Source of the DNA: an uncultured Gammaproteobacteria bacterium
GTDB lineage: Bacteria; Pseudomonadota; Gammaproteobacteria; Steroidobacterales; Foliamicaceae
Reading direction: 5' to 3'
DNA length: 64,000 nucleotides
Assembly (NCBI GenBank): GCA_951828235.1
Contig: OX639965.1
Coordinates: forward strand, 2,245,556 to 2,309,555
Every line of letters starts with the position of its first letter. Position 1 is the first letter of the stretch. Shown here piece by piece: positions 26,969-37,052 of this stretch. The notes under the pieces were generated by a model. That model saw only the letters and a program-made list of their open reading frames with translations. It had not been told where the DNA came from and did not search any database. Made by a program: the position numbers and the translations under genes.

Positions 26969-29092
26969 ATGCGTAGATTCAGCCTTCCGATTGCATTCGC
27001 CATCCTCGCCGCAAGTTGTTCTCCTTCCGGGGATGACGGGCTGGAATACCCGTCGGCCACGCGCTCCGAGCATCAGGACGACTATTTCGGCGTCCAGGTT
27101 GCCGACCCGTACCGCTGGATGGAGCAGATGGATGCTCCCGAAACCGCTGACTGGATAGCAGCCCAGAACGAGCTGGTCGAGCCGTACCTGACATCCATCC
27201 CGCTGAGAGAGCGCCTCAAGGACAGGCTTGCCGAGATCTGGAACTATCCGCGCCGCTCGGCGCCCTGGCGCCAAGGCCCCTGGTATTTCGAATTCCGCAA
27301 CGACGGGCTGCAGAACCACAGCGTGCTCTACGTGCGGGAGGGCCTGGACGGCGAAGCGCGGGTGCTGCTCGACCCCAACTCCTGGGCCGAGGACGGCACC
27401 ATCAGCCTGGCCGGCAATTCCGTCAGCCCCAACGGCCGCTACATCGCCTATGCCCGTTCCGACGGCGGTTCCGACTGGCGCGACTGGCACGTGTGCGAAG
27501 TCGAAACCGGCGAGGACCTTTCCGACCATCTGACCTACACTAAGTTCACCGGCGTTTCCTGGACTCCGGACGAGCGTGGCTTTTTCTACAGCCGCTACCC
27601 GGTGGGCAAGCAGGGCGCCGGCGACGACAAGAAGGCGGTGTCGATCTATTTTCACGAACTGGGGACGGACCAGGCCGAAGACCGGCTGGTGCTGCGGATG
27701 CCGCCGGATGAAGGCCGCAACGCATACGCAGCCGTCACCGAGGACGGCGCCTACCTGGTTGTGATCCTGCAGGAAGGCTACTTGAGCAATGCGGTGCACT
27801 ACCGGCGCATGGACGAACCGGATTCGGCCATCCGCCCTTTGCTCGATGAATGGGACGCCATTTACAGGTATCTCGCCAACGACGGCGAGACTTTCTTTTT
27901 CTCGACCAACAGGGACGCGCCGCGCCGCAAGGTGATTTCCCTGGACATCAACAGCCCGCAGGAGTGGACCGAGGTGATTCCCGAAGGCGAAAACACCATG
28001 CAGGGCATCAGCGCCGTCGGCGGGCGGTTGGTCGCCTCCTACCTGGAGGACGTCAAGCCGCTGGTGACGGTGTACGAGGCCGACGGCAGCCTGGTGGAAG
28101 AGATTGAGCTGCCCGGAATCGGCTCGGTGCGCGGGTTCGGCGGACGCTGGGACGATCCCGAGACGTTCTACAGCTTCTCAGGTTTTACCGATCCCGGCGC
28201 CGTCTACCGCTACGACGTCGGCACCGGCGAGAGCACGCTGCACTACCGTACTGAAACGCCGATAGACGGGACGCAGTTCGTGACCCGGCAGGTCTTCTAC
28301 AACAGCAAGGACGGCACACGGGTCCCGATGTTCCTTGTCCATCGCAAGGACCTGGAGACAACCGGCGAGCATCCCGCGCTGCTGTACGGCTACGGCGGTT
28401 TCAACATTTCGCTGACGCCGAACTACAGCAGCGGCCGCCTCGTGTGGCTGGAACTCGGCGGCATGATCGCCATCCCCAACCTGCGCGGCGGCGGGGAGTA
28501 CGGGCGCGAGTGGCACCTTGCCGGCACCCGCGAGCAAAAGCAGAACGTGTTCGACGACTTCATCGCCGCGGCGCAGTGGCTGATCGACAAGGGCTACACC
28601 ATGCCCTCGCGGCTCGTTATCCAGGGCAGCAGCAATGGCGGCCTGCTGGTGGGCGCCGTGATGACCCAGCGCCCGGACCTTTTCGGAGCGGCGCTTCCGG
28701 ACGTGGGCGTGCTCGACATGCTTCGCTATCACACGCCCAGCGCCAACGCCCGCGCCTGGGCGGACGATTACGGCCTGTCGGAGAACGAGGCGGATTTTCG
28801 CGCCCAGTACGCCTACTCGCCGGTGCATCGCGTCGCCGAGGGCGTCTGCTATCCGCCGACGCTGGTCACGACCGCCGATCATGACGATCGGGTCGTGCCG
28901 TGGCACAGCTACAAGTTCGCCGCCGCGCTGCAGCATGCCCAGGGGTGCTCGAAGCCGGTGCTGATCCGCATCGAGACGCGCGCGGGTCACGGCGCCGGCA
29001 CGCCCATCCGGATGCGGATCGAGGACGTCGCCAACCAGTTCGCGTTCGCCGCCGACGCGGTGGGGCTGGGCGCCGGCCGTGAGGGTGGATAG
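26969..29092 (+). CDS. Prolyl oligopeptidase (S9A), lipoprotein-type signal
   Basis: LAASCS lipobox-like N-terminus, DDYFGVQVADPYRWMEQ, catalytic IQGSSNGGLLVG, DHDDRVVPWHSYKF and RAGHGAG. Confidence 0.9.
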   Translation: MRRFSLPIAFAILAASCSPSGDDGLEYPSATRSEHQDDYFGVQVADPYRWMEQMDAPETADWIAAQNELVEPYLTSIPLRERLKDRLAEIWNYPRRSAPWRQGPWYFEFRNDGLQNHSVLYVREGLDGEARVLLDPNSWAEDGTISLAGNSVSPNGRYIAYARSDGGSDWRDWHVCEVETGEDLSDHLTYTKFTGVSWTPDERGFFYSRYPVGKQGAGDDKKAVSIYFHELGTDQAEDRLVLRMPPDEGRNAYAAVTEDGAYLVVILQEGYLSNAVHYRRMDEPDSAIRPLLDEWDAIYRYLANDGETFFFSTNRDAPRRKVISLDINSPQEWTEVIPEGENTMQGISAVGGRLVASYLEDVKPLVTVYEADGSLVEEIELPGIGSVRGFGGRWDDPETFYSFSGFTDPGAVYRYDVGTGESTLHYRTETPIDGTQFVTRQVFYNSKDGTRVPMFLVHRKDLETTGEHPALLYGYGGFNISLTPNYSSGRLVWLELGGMIAIPNLRGGGEYGREWHLAGTREQKQNVFDDFIAAAQWLIDKGYTMPSRLVIQGSSNGGLLVGAVMTQRPDLFGAALPDVGVLDMLRYHTPSANARAWADDYGLSENEADFRAQYAYSPVHRVAEGVCYPPTLVTTADHDDRVVPWHSYKFAAALQHAQGCSKPVLIRIETRAGHGAGTPIRMRIEDVANQFAFAADAVGLGAGREGG

Positions 29093-29093
29093 A

Positions 29094-29124
29094 TTCACCA
29101 GTTGTAGCCGGATGCGGATATAAT
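29094..29124 (+). promoter_or_regulatory. Candidate sigma70-type promoter for rplU-rpmA
   Basis: Perfect TATAAT at 29119-29124, with TTCACC at 29094-29099 (19-nt spacer, or TCACCA with 18 nt), 37 nt upstream of the rplU ATG. Sequence-only guess. Confidence 0.3.
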
Positions 29125-29160
29125 CGCGCCCCGGCCAGTCAGGTTCCCCGGAGAGTCCAG

Positions 29161-29586
29161 ATGTTTGCGGTGATCAGCACCGGCGGCAAGCAATATTGCG
29201 TTTCGGAAGGTCAGCGGGTGCGCGTTGAGCGCCTCAGCGCCGAGGTTGGCGACGAATTGAATTTCGACGCCATGCTGATCGGCGGACAGGAAGGCAAGGA
29301 AACGAGCATCGCGACCGCGGGCAAGCCGGTAGGCCAGGTGCGGGCTACCGTTAGTGAACATGGACGGGCAAAGAAGATCGAAGTGATCAAGTTCAAGCGG
29401 CGCAAGGACTACCGCCGCACGCTGGGGCACCGGCAGCAATACACCACCGTGGAGATCGCCGGCATCGATTTGCCGAAGGCGCCCGCGAAGAAGGCTGCCG
29501 AGAAGAAAGCCCCCGCGAAGAAAACTTCTGCAAAGAAGGCCCCGGCAAAGACGGCTGCGGCGGACAAGGCAGGCGAGGAGAGTTGA
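29161..29586 (+). CDS. rplU: 50S ribosomal protein L21 with a Lys/Ala/Pro-rich C-terminal extension
   Basis: [25 protein letters not shown]...[23 protein letters not shown] is the L21 core (about 102 aa). It is followed by [37 protein letters not shown]. Confidence 0.93.
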   Translation: MFAVISTGGKQYCVSEGQRVRVERLSAEVGDELNFDAMLIGGQEGKETSIATAGKPVGQVRATVSEHGRAKKIEVIKFKRRKDYRRTLGHRQQYTTVEIAGIDLPKAPAKKAAEKKAPAKKTSAKKAPAKTAAADKAGEES

Positions 29587-29589
29587 CTT

Positions 29590-29847
29590 ATGGCGCATAA
29601 AAAAGCAGCGGGCAGTTCCCGCAACGGCCGCGATTCCGAGTCCAAACGTCTGGGAATCAAGAAGTACGGCGGCGAGCAGGTGATGGCCGGCAACATCCTC
29701 GTGCGGCAGCGCGGGACGGCATTCCATCCGGGCGCCAACGTGGGCCTGGGACGCGATCACACCCTGTTCGCCATCAGCGACGGCGTCGTCAGGTACGAAC
29801 GCAAGGGTCCCGCAAACCGGCGCTTTGTCTCCGTAATCCCCTCTTAG
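29590..29847 (+). CDS. rpmA: 50S ribosomal protein L27
   Basis: [43 protein letters not shown]. Confidence 0.95.
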   Translation: MAHKKAAGSSRNGRDSESKRLGIKKYGGEQVMAGNILVRQRGTAFHPGANVGLGRDHTLFAISDGVVRYERKGPANRRFVSVIPS

Positions 29848-29849
29848 CA

Positions 29850-29876
29850 CCGGGAAAGAGGGCGTCCCGCCCTCAA
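29850..29876. repeat. GC-rich hairpin repeat copy 2 (CCGGGAAAGAGGGCGTCCCGCCCTCAA)
   Basis: Stem GAGGGCG / CGCCCTC with loop TCC. Begins 2 nt after the rpmA stop, the same offset as copy 1 after its gene. Confidence 0.7.
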
Positions 29877-29885
29877 ACGCTCTGA

Positions 29886-31302
<1,417 letters not shown>

Positions 31303-31304
31303 CC

Positions 31305-31352
31305 CCGGGAGTGACGGTGTCCCGCCGCTGGGAACGAGGGTGTCCCGGCCTC
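31305..31352. repeat. Two tandem degenerate copies of the GC-rich hairpin repeat
   Basis: CCGGGAGTGACGGTGTCCCGCCGCT matches 18/25 and CTGGGAACGAGGGTGTCCCGGCCTC matches 21/25 of the CCGGGAAAGAGGGCGTCCCGCCCTC form, by my hand alignment. Confidence 0.45.
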
Positions 31353-31371
31353 AGCCTGTACCTGAGGCTGG
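31345..31371. terminator. Hairpin between convergent ybjQ and rpsT (candidate bidirectional terminator)
   Basis: CCGGCCTCAG / CTGAGGCTGG forms a 10-bp stem (one G-U) around the 7-nt loop CCTGTAC. It ends 7 nt from the rpsT stop. No U-tract on either strand. Confidence 0.45.
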
Positions 31372-31377
31372 CGGTGC

Positions 31378-31647
31378 CTAGTCGGCGGTGAGGGCTTGCA
31401 GTCGCTTGTTGAGGCGGCTCTTGTGGCGGGCGGCCTTGTTGGCGTGGATGATGCCCTTGCCGACCATGGAATCGATGACCGGTCTGGCCTGCTCGTAGGC
31501 AGCCGCCGCCTGTTCGGCGTCGCCGGAGTCAATCGCGTGCGACGCCCTGGAAATCGCCGAGCGCAGCTTTGAGCGCGCCGACATGTTGCGCGAGCGGCGT
31601 TCCACGGCCTGGCGGGCGCGCTTGGCGGCTTGGGCTGAATTTGCCAT
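31378..31647 (-). CDS. rpsT: 30S ribosomal protein S20
   Basis: MANSAQAAKRARQAVERRSRNMSARSKLRSAI...HANKAARHKSRLNKRL. Confidence 0.95.
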   Translation of the reverse strand: MANSAQAAKRARQAVERRSRNMSARSKLRSAISRASHAIDSGDAEQAAAAYEQARPVIDSMVGKGIIHANKAARHKSRLNKRLQALTAD

Positions 31648-31759
31648 GGGCGCGCATTGTGTCCGAAGGCCCCGGGGGTGTCAACAAGAGCGGCGACACA
31701 AGAGCGGGCGCAAGAGCGGGCGACTCCGTGATTGCGCCAGGGCTTGGGGGGCTGCTATT

Positions 31760-32983
31760 GTGCCGCCTTGGCAATCGCCGGGACCGGCCATTCTTTCCGA
31801 CCTGCTCAGCCGCAACATCCTGATCCTGCTCCTTGCGCAGGCCGCTTCCGTTACCGGCACGGTCGCAATCGTTACGGTGGGAGGAATCCTGGGCCGGGAA
31901 CTGGCGGGAGATCCGGCGCTGGCGACTTTTCCGATTTCCATGCTCATAGTGGCCACGGCGGTTTCCACTGTCGTCGCCGCCTGGATCATGTCCCGCATAG
32001 GGCGGCCCCGGGGATTTGCCCTGGGCGCGGCCCTCGGCGCCGCGGGAGCGGCCTGCGCCTGGGGCGCTACCGCGGTGCAGAGCTTCGTCCTGCTCTGCGT
32101 GGGTTCGATACTCATAGGTTGCGCCACGGCCTTTTCGCAGCAGTACCGATTCGCCGCAACGGAGAGCGTCAGGGTCGCCGCGGCGCCGACAGCGGTCGCG
32201 GTGGTGTTGACGGGCTCCATGGCCGGCGCAATCCTGGGTCCCGGCCTGGTGGCGCGGGGCGAGTCCTGGATCGCCGGAGCGCAGTTCGGCGGCACCTTTG
32301 CGGCGATCGCAGGCTGCTATGTGCTGGCCGGCGCCGTCCTCCTGGGGCTGCGGCCCGTTTCGTCGCAGGCGCGGGAGAAACCGATAGGCGCCGCCCGTCC
32401 GCTGCGGACTATCGCCCGGGGCAGGCTGTTCGTCGTCGCCGTGGTTGGCGCGGCGATGGGGCAGGGCGTCATGGCCTTCATGATGACGGCGGCGCCTTTG
32501 GCGATGCATGTGGTTGACCGGCACTCTCTGGCGGTAACGGCGGCGATTATCCAGGGGCATGTGCTGGCGATGTATGCGCCTTCACTCGTCGCCGGGGGGC
32601 TGATTTCAAGGTTTGGAGCCGGGCGCATCATGATGGCCGGCGCCATCTTTCTTGGCGCAACGCTCTTGGTGGGTCTGTCGGGCCGGGAGGTTCTGCACTA
32701 TGGGGTGGCTATGGTGGCTCTCGGCGTCGGCTGGAACTTCCTCTACGTTGGCGGAACTACGCTGCTGGCGCGATCCCATCACCCGGAGGAGCGCTTCCGG
32801 GTGCAGGGCCTGAACGACTTCACCGTCTTGGGGTGTGCGGCATTGGGATCCTTGAGCGCCGGGGTGGTGATGCAGTTGCTGGGTTGGGATGCCGTGCTGT
32901 ACGCTTCCATGCCTGCAATACTGCTTGCAATAGCCGCGATACTGTGGGCCCGGCCGGATCGCGAAGACGTGGTTGCAGGCTGA
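31760..32983 (+). CDS. MFS transporter
   Basis: Twelve hydrophobic segments. The tracked ORF (from 31583) overlaps rpsT antisense, and its first ~59 residues are Arg-rich noise. GTG 31760 gives (M)PPWQSPGPAILSDLLSRNILILLLAQ. Start uncertain. Confidence 0.7.
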   Translation: MPPWQSPGPAILSDLLSRNILILLLAQAASVTGTVAIVTVGGILGRELAGDPALATFPISMLIVATAVSTVVAAWIMSRIGRPRGFALGAALGAAGAACAWGATAVQSFVLLCVGSILIGCATAFSQQYRFAATESVRVAAAPTAVAVVLTGSMAGAILGPGLVARGESWIAGAQFGGTFAAIAGCYVLAGAVLLGLRPVSSQAREKPIGAARPLRTIARGRLFVVAVVGAAMGQGVMAFMMTAAPLAMHVVDRHSLAVTAAIIQGHVLAMYAPSLVAGGLISRFGAGRIMMAGAIFLGATLLVGLSGREVLHYGVAMVALGVGWNFLYVGGTTLLARSHHPEERFRVQGLNDFTVLGCAALGSLSAGVVMQLLGWDAVLYASMPAILLAIAAILWARPDREDVVAG

Positions 32984-33038
32984 CTTGCTCACTCCCATTG
33001 GCCGAATGGATCCTCCCAGATTGACTATTTCCCTCGGA

Positions 33039-35060
33039 ATGACGCCACCAAGAGCATCCGCGCTCGCCGCAGTCCCAGGGCTGGTCGCGCTAGCCGCGGT
33101 ATTGTGCGGTTGCGCCGCATTGCCCTCCAGCGACCGGGCCGGCGATCCGGAGTCGGCGCCGTCATCGGCGGAAATGCCGGCCGGCGCGCTTGTGCGTTAC
33201 TCGGAACAACGCGATCCCTGCGCGAACCGGGATACTCATCGGAACGCTTATTTCGGCGATCTGCACGTACATACGTCCTACTCCTACGACGCGCGGCCTC
33301 TGGGCGTAACCACAGTCCCCGCCGACGCCTACCGCTACGCGCGCGGCGAGGAAATACTGCTGCCCCCCTATGCAGCCGGCGACGAGCCAACGCCGGTACG
33401 CAAGCTCGGCCCGCCTCTCGACTTTGCGGCGGTAACCGATCACGCTGAGTTCTTCGGCGAACTCTCGCTGTGCGCGGACCCGGAAAGCGGGGCCTACGCC
33501 ACGCGGAGTTGCGACGCGTTCCGCAAGGGCGGGCCGACGGCCATCCTGGTTCTGGTGCGGGGGCTGTCGAGGGACGTCCCGGCACGCAGCGCGGACATCT
33601 GTGGCGACGACGGCAGCCGCTGCCTTGAAGCCGCGCACAACTACTGGGAGCGCACCCGCGAGATGGCCGAAGCAGCCTACGACCGTTCTTCGAGCTGCAG
33701 CTTCACGACTTTCGTGGCCTACGAGCACAGCGGCACCTCGGACAGCAACGCCTACCACCGCAACGTCATCTTCCGCAACGCCGAGGTGCCGGCCCTGCCG
33801 ATCTCCAGCTTCGAGGCCCCCGCCGACACGGAACTCTGGGAGCGGCTGACCCGGGAATGCCTTGACGGCGTTCCGGGCTGCGACGCACTGGCCATTCCGC
33901 ACAGCTCGAATCTGAGTTCGGGCACCCTGTTTGCCTCCAGTCTGCCCGGATCCGACTCCGGGCAGGGTGCGGCTCTCCTGGCGCAGCGGCGCAACGCGCT
34001 GGAGCCGGTCATGGAGATCTTTCAGCACAAGGGCAGCGCCGAGTGTTTCAACGGCCTGCCCGGCATCCTGGGCGGGCCGGACGAGTTGTGCGACATGGAG
34101 GAAGTGCGCCGCTACTATCGCGGGCAGCCGGCGGAGAACAACCCGCCCCCGATCTGCGAAGAAGGCGAGACCGGCGTCGGGGGCAGTCTGAACGCCGGGT
34201 GCGTATCCAAAAACGATTTTTTCCGCAGCGTCCTGCTGAACGGCCTGCAAATCGGGCGCGAGGTTGGAGTCAATCCGTACAAGTTCGGTGTGATCGGCTC
34301 GACCGATTCGCACCTGGCGACCTCGGGGGACGTGGATGAGAGCGGTTGGCGCGGCCACAATGTGTCGGAAACCGATTTCGGCGAGCGCCTGTCTCCCAGC
34401 CCGGTCCATCCGATCGGGCTTTACACCAACCCGGGCGGCCTGGCGGGCGTGTGGGCGGTGGAAAATTCACGAGACGCGCTGTTCGATGCGCTGAAACGGC
34501 GCGAGGTATTCGGTACGTCCGGGACGCGCATCCGGCCGCGCTTATTCGGCGGCTGGAGCTACGCGGATAGCGCCTGCGCTTCGGTGGTGGAATCCGGCTA
34601 TGCGGGCGGCGTTCCCATGGGCGGTGACCTTCCCGCGCGATCAGCCCCCGGCGCCCCACGATTTGTCGTGGCCGCCGAGCGTGATCCGCGCAGTTCACCC
34701 TTGCAGCGGCTCCAGGTAATCAAGGGCTGGATCGCCAGTAGCGGCCGGGCTCATTACAAGGTGTATGACGCGGCCGGCGATGCGGATGCATCCGGCGAGA
34801 TTGATCTGCAAACCGGTGCCTGGAGCGGCCCGGGCCAAGATGCGCTTTGCGCCGTATTCGAGGATCCGGACTTCGATCCGGGGCAGCCGAGCTACTACTA
34901 CATGCGGGCCGTGGAAACGCCGTCGCTGCGCTGGAGCTGGCGGCAGTGCCTGGAACTGCCCGAGGCCCGGCGACCTTCCGAGTGTGACAATTCGGCTCCG
35001 AAGACAATCCAGGAACTGGCCTGGACCTCACCTATCTGGTACCTCCCCGAGGGTCAGTAG
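33039..35060 (+). CDS. DUF3604 domain protein, probable lipoprotein
   Basis: NAYFGDLHVHTSYSYDA (PHP-like metal motif typical of DUF3604) and C-terminal AWTSPIWY. Signal/lipobox ALAAVLCGC. Alternative starts at 32973 (TTG) and 33006. Confidence 0.7.
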   Translation: MTPPRASALAAVPGLVALAAVLCGCAALPSSDRAGDPESAPSSAEMPAGALVRYSEQRDPCANRDTHRNAYFGDLHVHTSYSYDARPLGVTTVPADAYRYARGEEILLPPYAAGDEPTPVRKLGPPLDFAAVTDHAEFFGELSLCADPESGAYATRSCDAFRKGGPTAILVLVRGLSRDVPARSADICGDDGSRCLEAAHNYWERTREMAEAAYDRSSSCSFTTFVAYEHSGTSDSNAYHRNVIFRNAEVPALPISSFEAPADTELWERLTRECLDGVPGCDALAIPHSSNLSSGTLFASSLPGSDSGQGAALLAQRRNALEPVMEIFQHKGSAECFNGLPGILGGPDELCDMEEVRRYYRGQPAENNPPPICEEGETGVGGSLNAGCVSKNDFFRSVLLNGLQIGREVGVNPYKFGVIGSTDSHLATSGDVDESGWRGHNVSETDFGERLSPSPVHPIGLYTNPGGLAGVWAVENSRDALFDALKRREVFGTSGTRIRPRLFGGWSYADSACASVVESGYAGGVPMGGDLPARSAPGAPRFVVAAERDPRSSPLQRLQVIKGWIASSGRAHYKVYDAAGDADASGEIDLQTGAWSGPGQDALCAVFEDPDFDPGQPSYYYMRAVETPSLRWSWRQCLELPEARRPSECDNSAPKTIQELAWTSPIWYLPEGQ

Positions 35061-35078
35061 CAGGGATAGAATCGCGCC

Positions 35079-36050
35079 ATGCCTAATGCAATCCGCGTTA
35101 CCGGGGCTGGCGGCCCGGAAGTTATGGAATGGTGCTCGGTCGAGGTCGGCGCTCCCGGCCCGGGCGAATTGCGAATACGCAATCAGGCCATCGGCTTCAA
35201 CTTCATTGACACCTACTTCCGCACGGGCGTCTATCCGCTGGAATATCCGAGCGGACTCGGCTCCGAAGGCGCGGGCGAGGTGCTGGCGGTAGGGGAGGGT
35301 GTCGACGGGTTTGCCCCGGGCGATCGGGTGGCCTACTGCACGCCGCCGATCGGCTCGTACTCGGAAGAGAGGATCTATCCGGCCGATCGGACCGTGCCGC
35401 TGCCGGATTCCGTCAGCTACGAGCAGGCCGCCGCCATGATGCTGAAAGGACTGACGAGCTGGTACCTGCTGCACCACAGCTACCCGGTGCAGAAAGGCGA
35501 CGATGTGCTGCTCTATGCGGCTGCCGGCGGCGTCGGTCAGATTGCCGCGCAGTGGGCGGCGCATCTGGGAGCGCGCGTCATCGGAATCGTGGGCAGCACC
35601 GCCAAGGTGGACGAGGCGCGCGAGGCGGGCTGCGCCGACGTCCTGCTGGCCGACGATCCGGACCTGGTGGCCAGGGTCCGGGATTTGAGCGGGGGCGGCG
35701 TGGCCGCGGTCTATGACTCGCTTGGCAAGGACACGTTCATGCAGTCGCTGGATTGCCTGCGTCCGCTCGGCACGATGGTGACCTTCGGCAACGCGACCGG
35801 CCTGGTCGAGCCGATCGCGCCCATCGATCTGGCGCGGCGCGGCTCATTGAAGCTCACTCGGCCGATCCTGTTCGATTTCGTTTCGACCACGGAACAATTG
35901 CGGGGCGCGGCCGCTACGCTGTTCGAGCAGGTAGGCTCCGGCGCGCTGTCGATCAAGATCGGGCAGCGCTATCCGCTGCGGGAAGTGGCTCAGGCGCACC
36001 GCGACGCCGAGGGGCGGCGCACCACCGGCTCGACTATCTTTCTTCCCTGA
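35079..36050 (+). CDS. qor: NADPH:quinone oxidoreductase (zeta-crystallin/MDR family)
   Basis: GGPEVMEW, IRNQAIGFNFIDTYFRTGVYP, GSEGAGEVLAVGEGV and LLYAAAGGVGQIA. Confidence 0.85.
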   Translation: MPNAIRVTGAGGPEVMEWCSVEVGAPGPGELRIRNQAIGFNFIDTYFRTGVYPLEYPSGLGSEGAGEVLAVGEGVDGFAPGDRVAYCTPPIGSYSEERIYPADRTVPLPDSVSYEQAAAMMLKGLTSWYLLHHSYPVQKGDDVLLYAAAGGVGQIAAQWAAHLGARVIGIVGSTAKVDEAREAGCADVLLADDPDLVARVRDLSGGGVAAVYDSLGKDTFMQSLDCLRPLGTMVTFGNATGLVEPIAPIDLARRGSLKLTRPILFDFVSTTEQLRGAAATLFEQVGSGALSIKIGQRYPLREVAQAHRDAEGRRTTGSTIFLP

Positions 36051-36056
36051 TCCCGT

Positions 36057-37052
36057 TCAGGCGTTGGGGAGGACGATGATCTTGCCGTCGCGGGCCGAGC
36101 CGGTTCGGCTGGCGCGGGCGAAGGCTGCCCGCCATTCATCGAGGGTGTAGCGGGCCGCGATCTTGGCGCTCAAGCGGCCGTCCGCCGCCATCAGCGCGAT
36201 TTCATTCTGCAGCTCGTCGACTTGCGCTTCGGTGCGCGTGGCGAAGCAGCGCGTCGTGGACATGCCGCACAGGCGGATGTCGTGCAGGAACATCTGCCAG
36301 AAGTCGATCTGGCAGGGTTGGTCGGTCAGGGTGCCGTAGTTCACGATCAGCCCGCCGTCGGCCAGGCAATTGGCCATGCGCATGACCGCCTCGCCGGCGA
36401 TTGCGTCGATTCCGAGACGAATGTCAGCCCCGCCCGTCGCCGCGCGTATGCGTTGGGGAAGGTCCGGTCCGTCGAGAACCACGGCGTTGGCGCCCAGATC
36501 CTTCAGTTCCTGAACAACCTCTTCCCGCCGCACAAGATTGACCGTGCGAAAGCCCCACTTCGCCGCGAGAACGATCAAATAACGCCCGACATTGGAATTG
36601 GCCGCATCCTGCAGCACCCATTCGCCTTGCTCAAGGTCGACGAAGTCCTGCAGCAGGGTCCAGGCCGTCGCGCCGTTGATATTCGACAAAACGAGCTGCT
36701 CCGCGTCGCCGGCCGGCGCGCGCCGCATGCCCATGTCGTTGCGGTGGACCCGCACGCATTCGGAAAAAGTCCCGCAGCCCAGCGGAAGAAACACGCGGTC
36801 GCCGGCCGCGTAGCCGGAATCGGCCCCGGTTTCCACGATTTCTCCCACGCCCTCGAAGCCGGGCGTGACGGGCAGGGGACGGCGCAGCGCGTCGATTCCC
36901 TGCACCAGCTTGATGTCGGCGATGTGCATCGCGCTGGCTTCCAGCCTGACGATGACTTCGCCCGGGCCGGGATCGCCGAGTTCAACCTCCTCCAGCCGTA
37001 CCACGTCGGCCGGTTCGCCGTTGTGGTCGAACCTAAGCCGGCGTGTCCGCAT
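36057..37052 (-). CDS. MDR-family zinc-independent enoyl/quinone reductase-like protein
   Basis: GEVIVRLEASAMHIADIKLVQG, GFEGVGEIVETG and VLQDAANSNVGRYLIVLAK. Resembles 2-enoyl thioester reductase-type MDRs (subfamily uncertain). Confidence 0.65.
   Translation of the reverse strand: MRTRRLRFDHNGEPADVVRLEEVELGDPGPGEVIVRLEASAMHIADIKLVQGIDALRRPLPVTPGFEGVGEIVETGADSGYAAGDRVFLPLGCGTFSECVRVHRNDMGMRRAPAGDAEQLVLSNINGATAWTLLQDFVDLEQGEWVLQDAANSNVGRYLIVLAAKWGFRTVNLVRREEVVQELKDLGANAVVLDGPDLPQRIRAATGGADIRLGIDAIAGEAVMRMANCLADGGLIVNYGTLTDQPCQIDFWQMFLHDIRLCGMSTTRCFATRTEAQVDELQNEIALMAADGRLSAKIAARYTLDEWRAAFARASRTGSARDGKIIVLPNA

Noticed and set aside
31583-31759. Upstream part of the MFS ORF, overlapping rpsT antisense.
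   Set aside because: It is the antisense translation of rpsT and its promoter region, and it is highly basic. A GTG at 31760 directly precedes the first TM segment.
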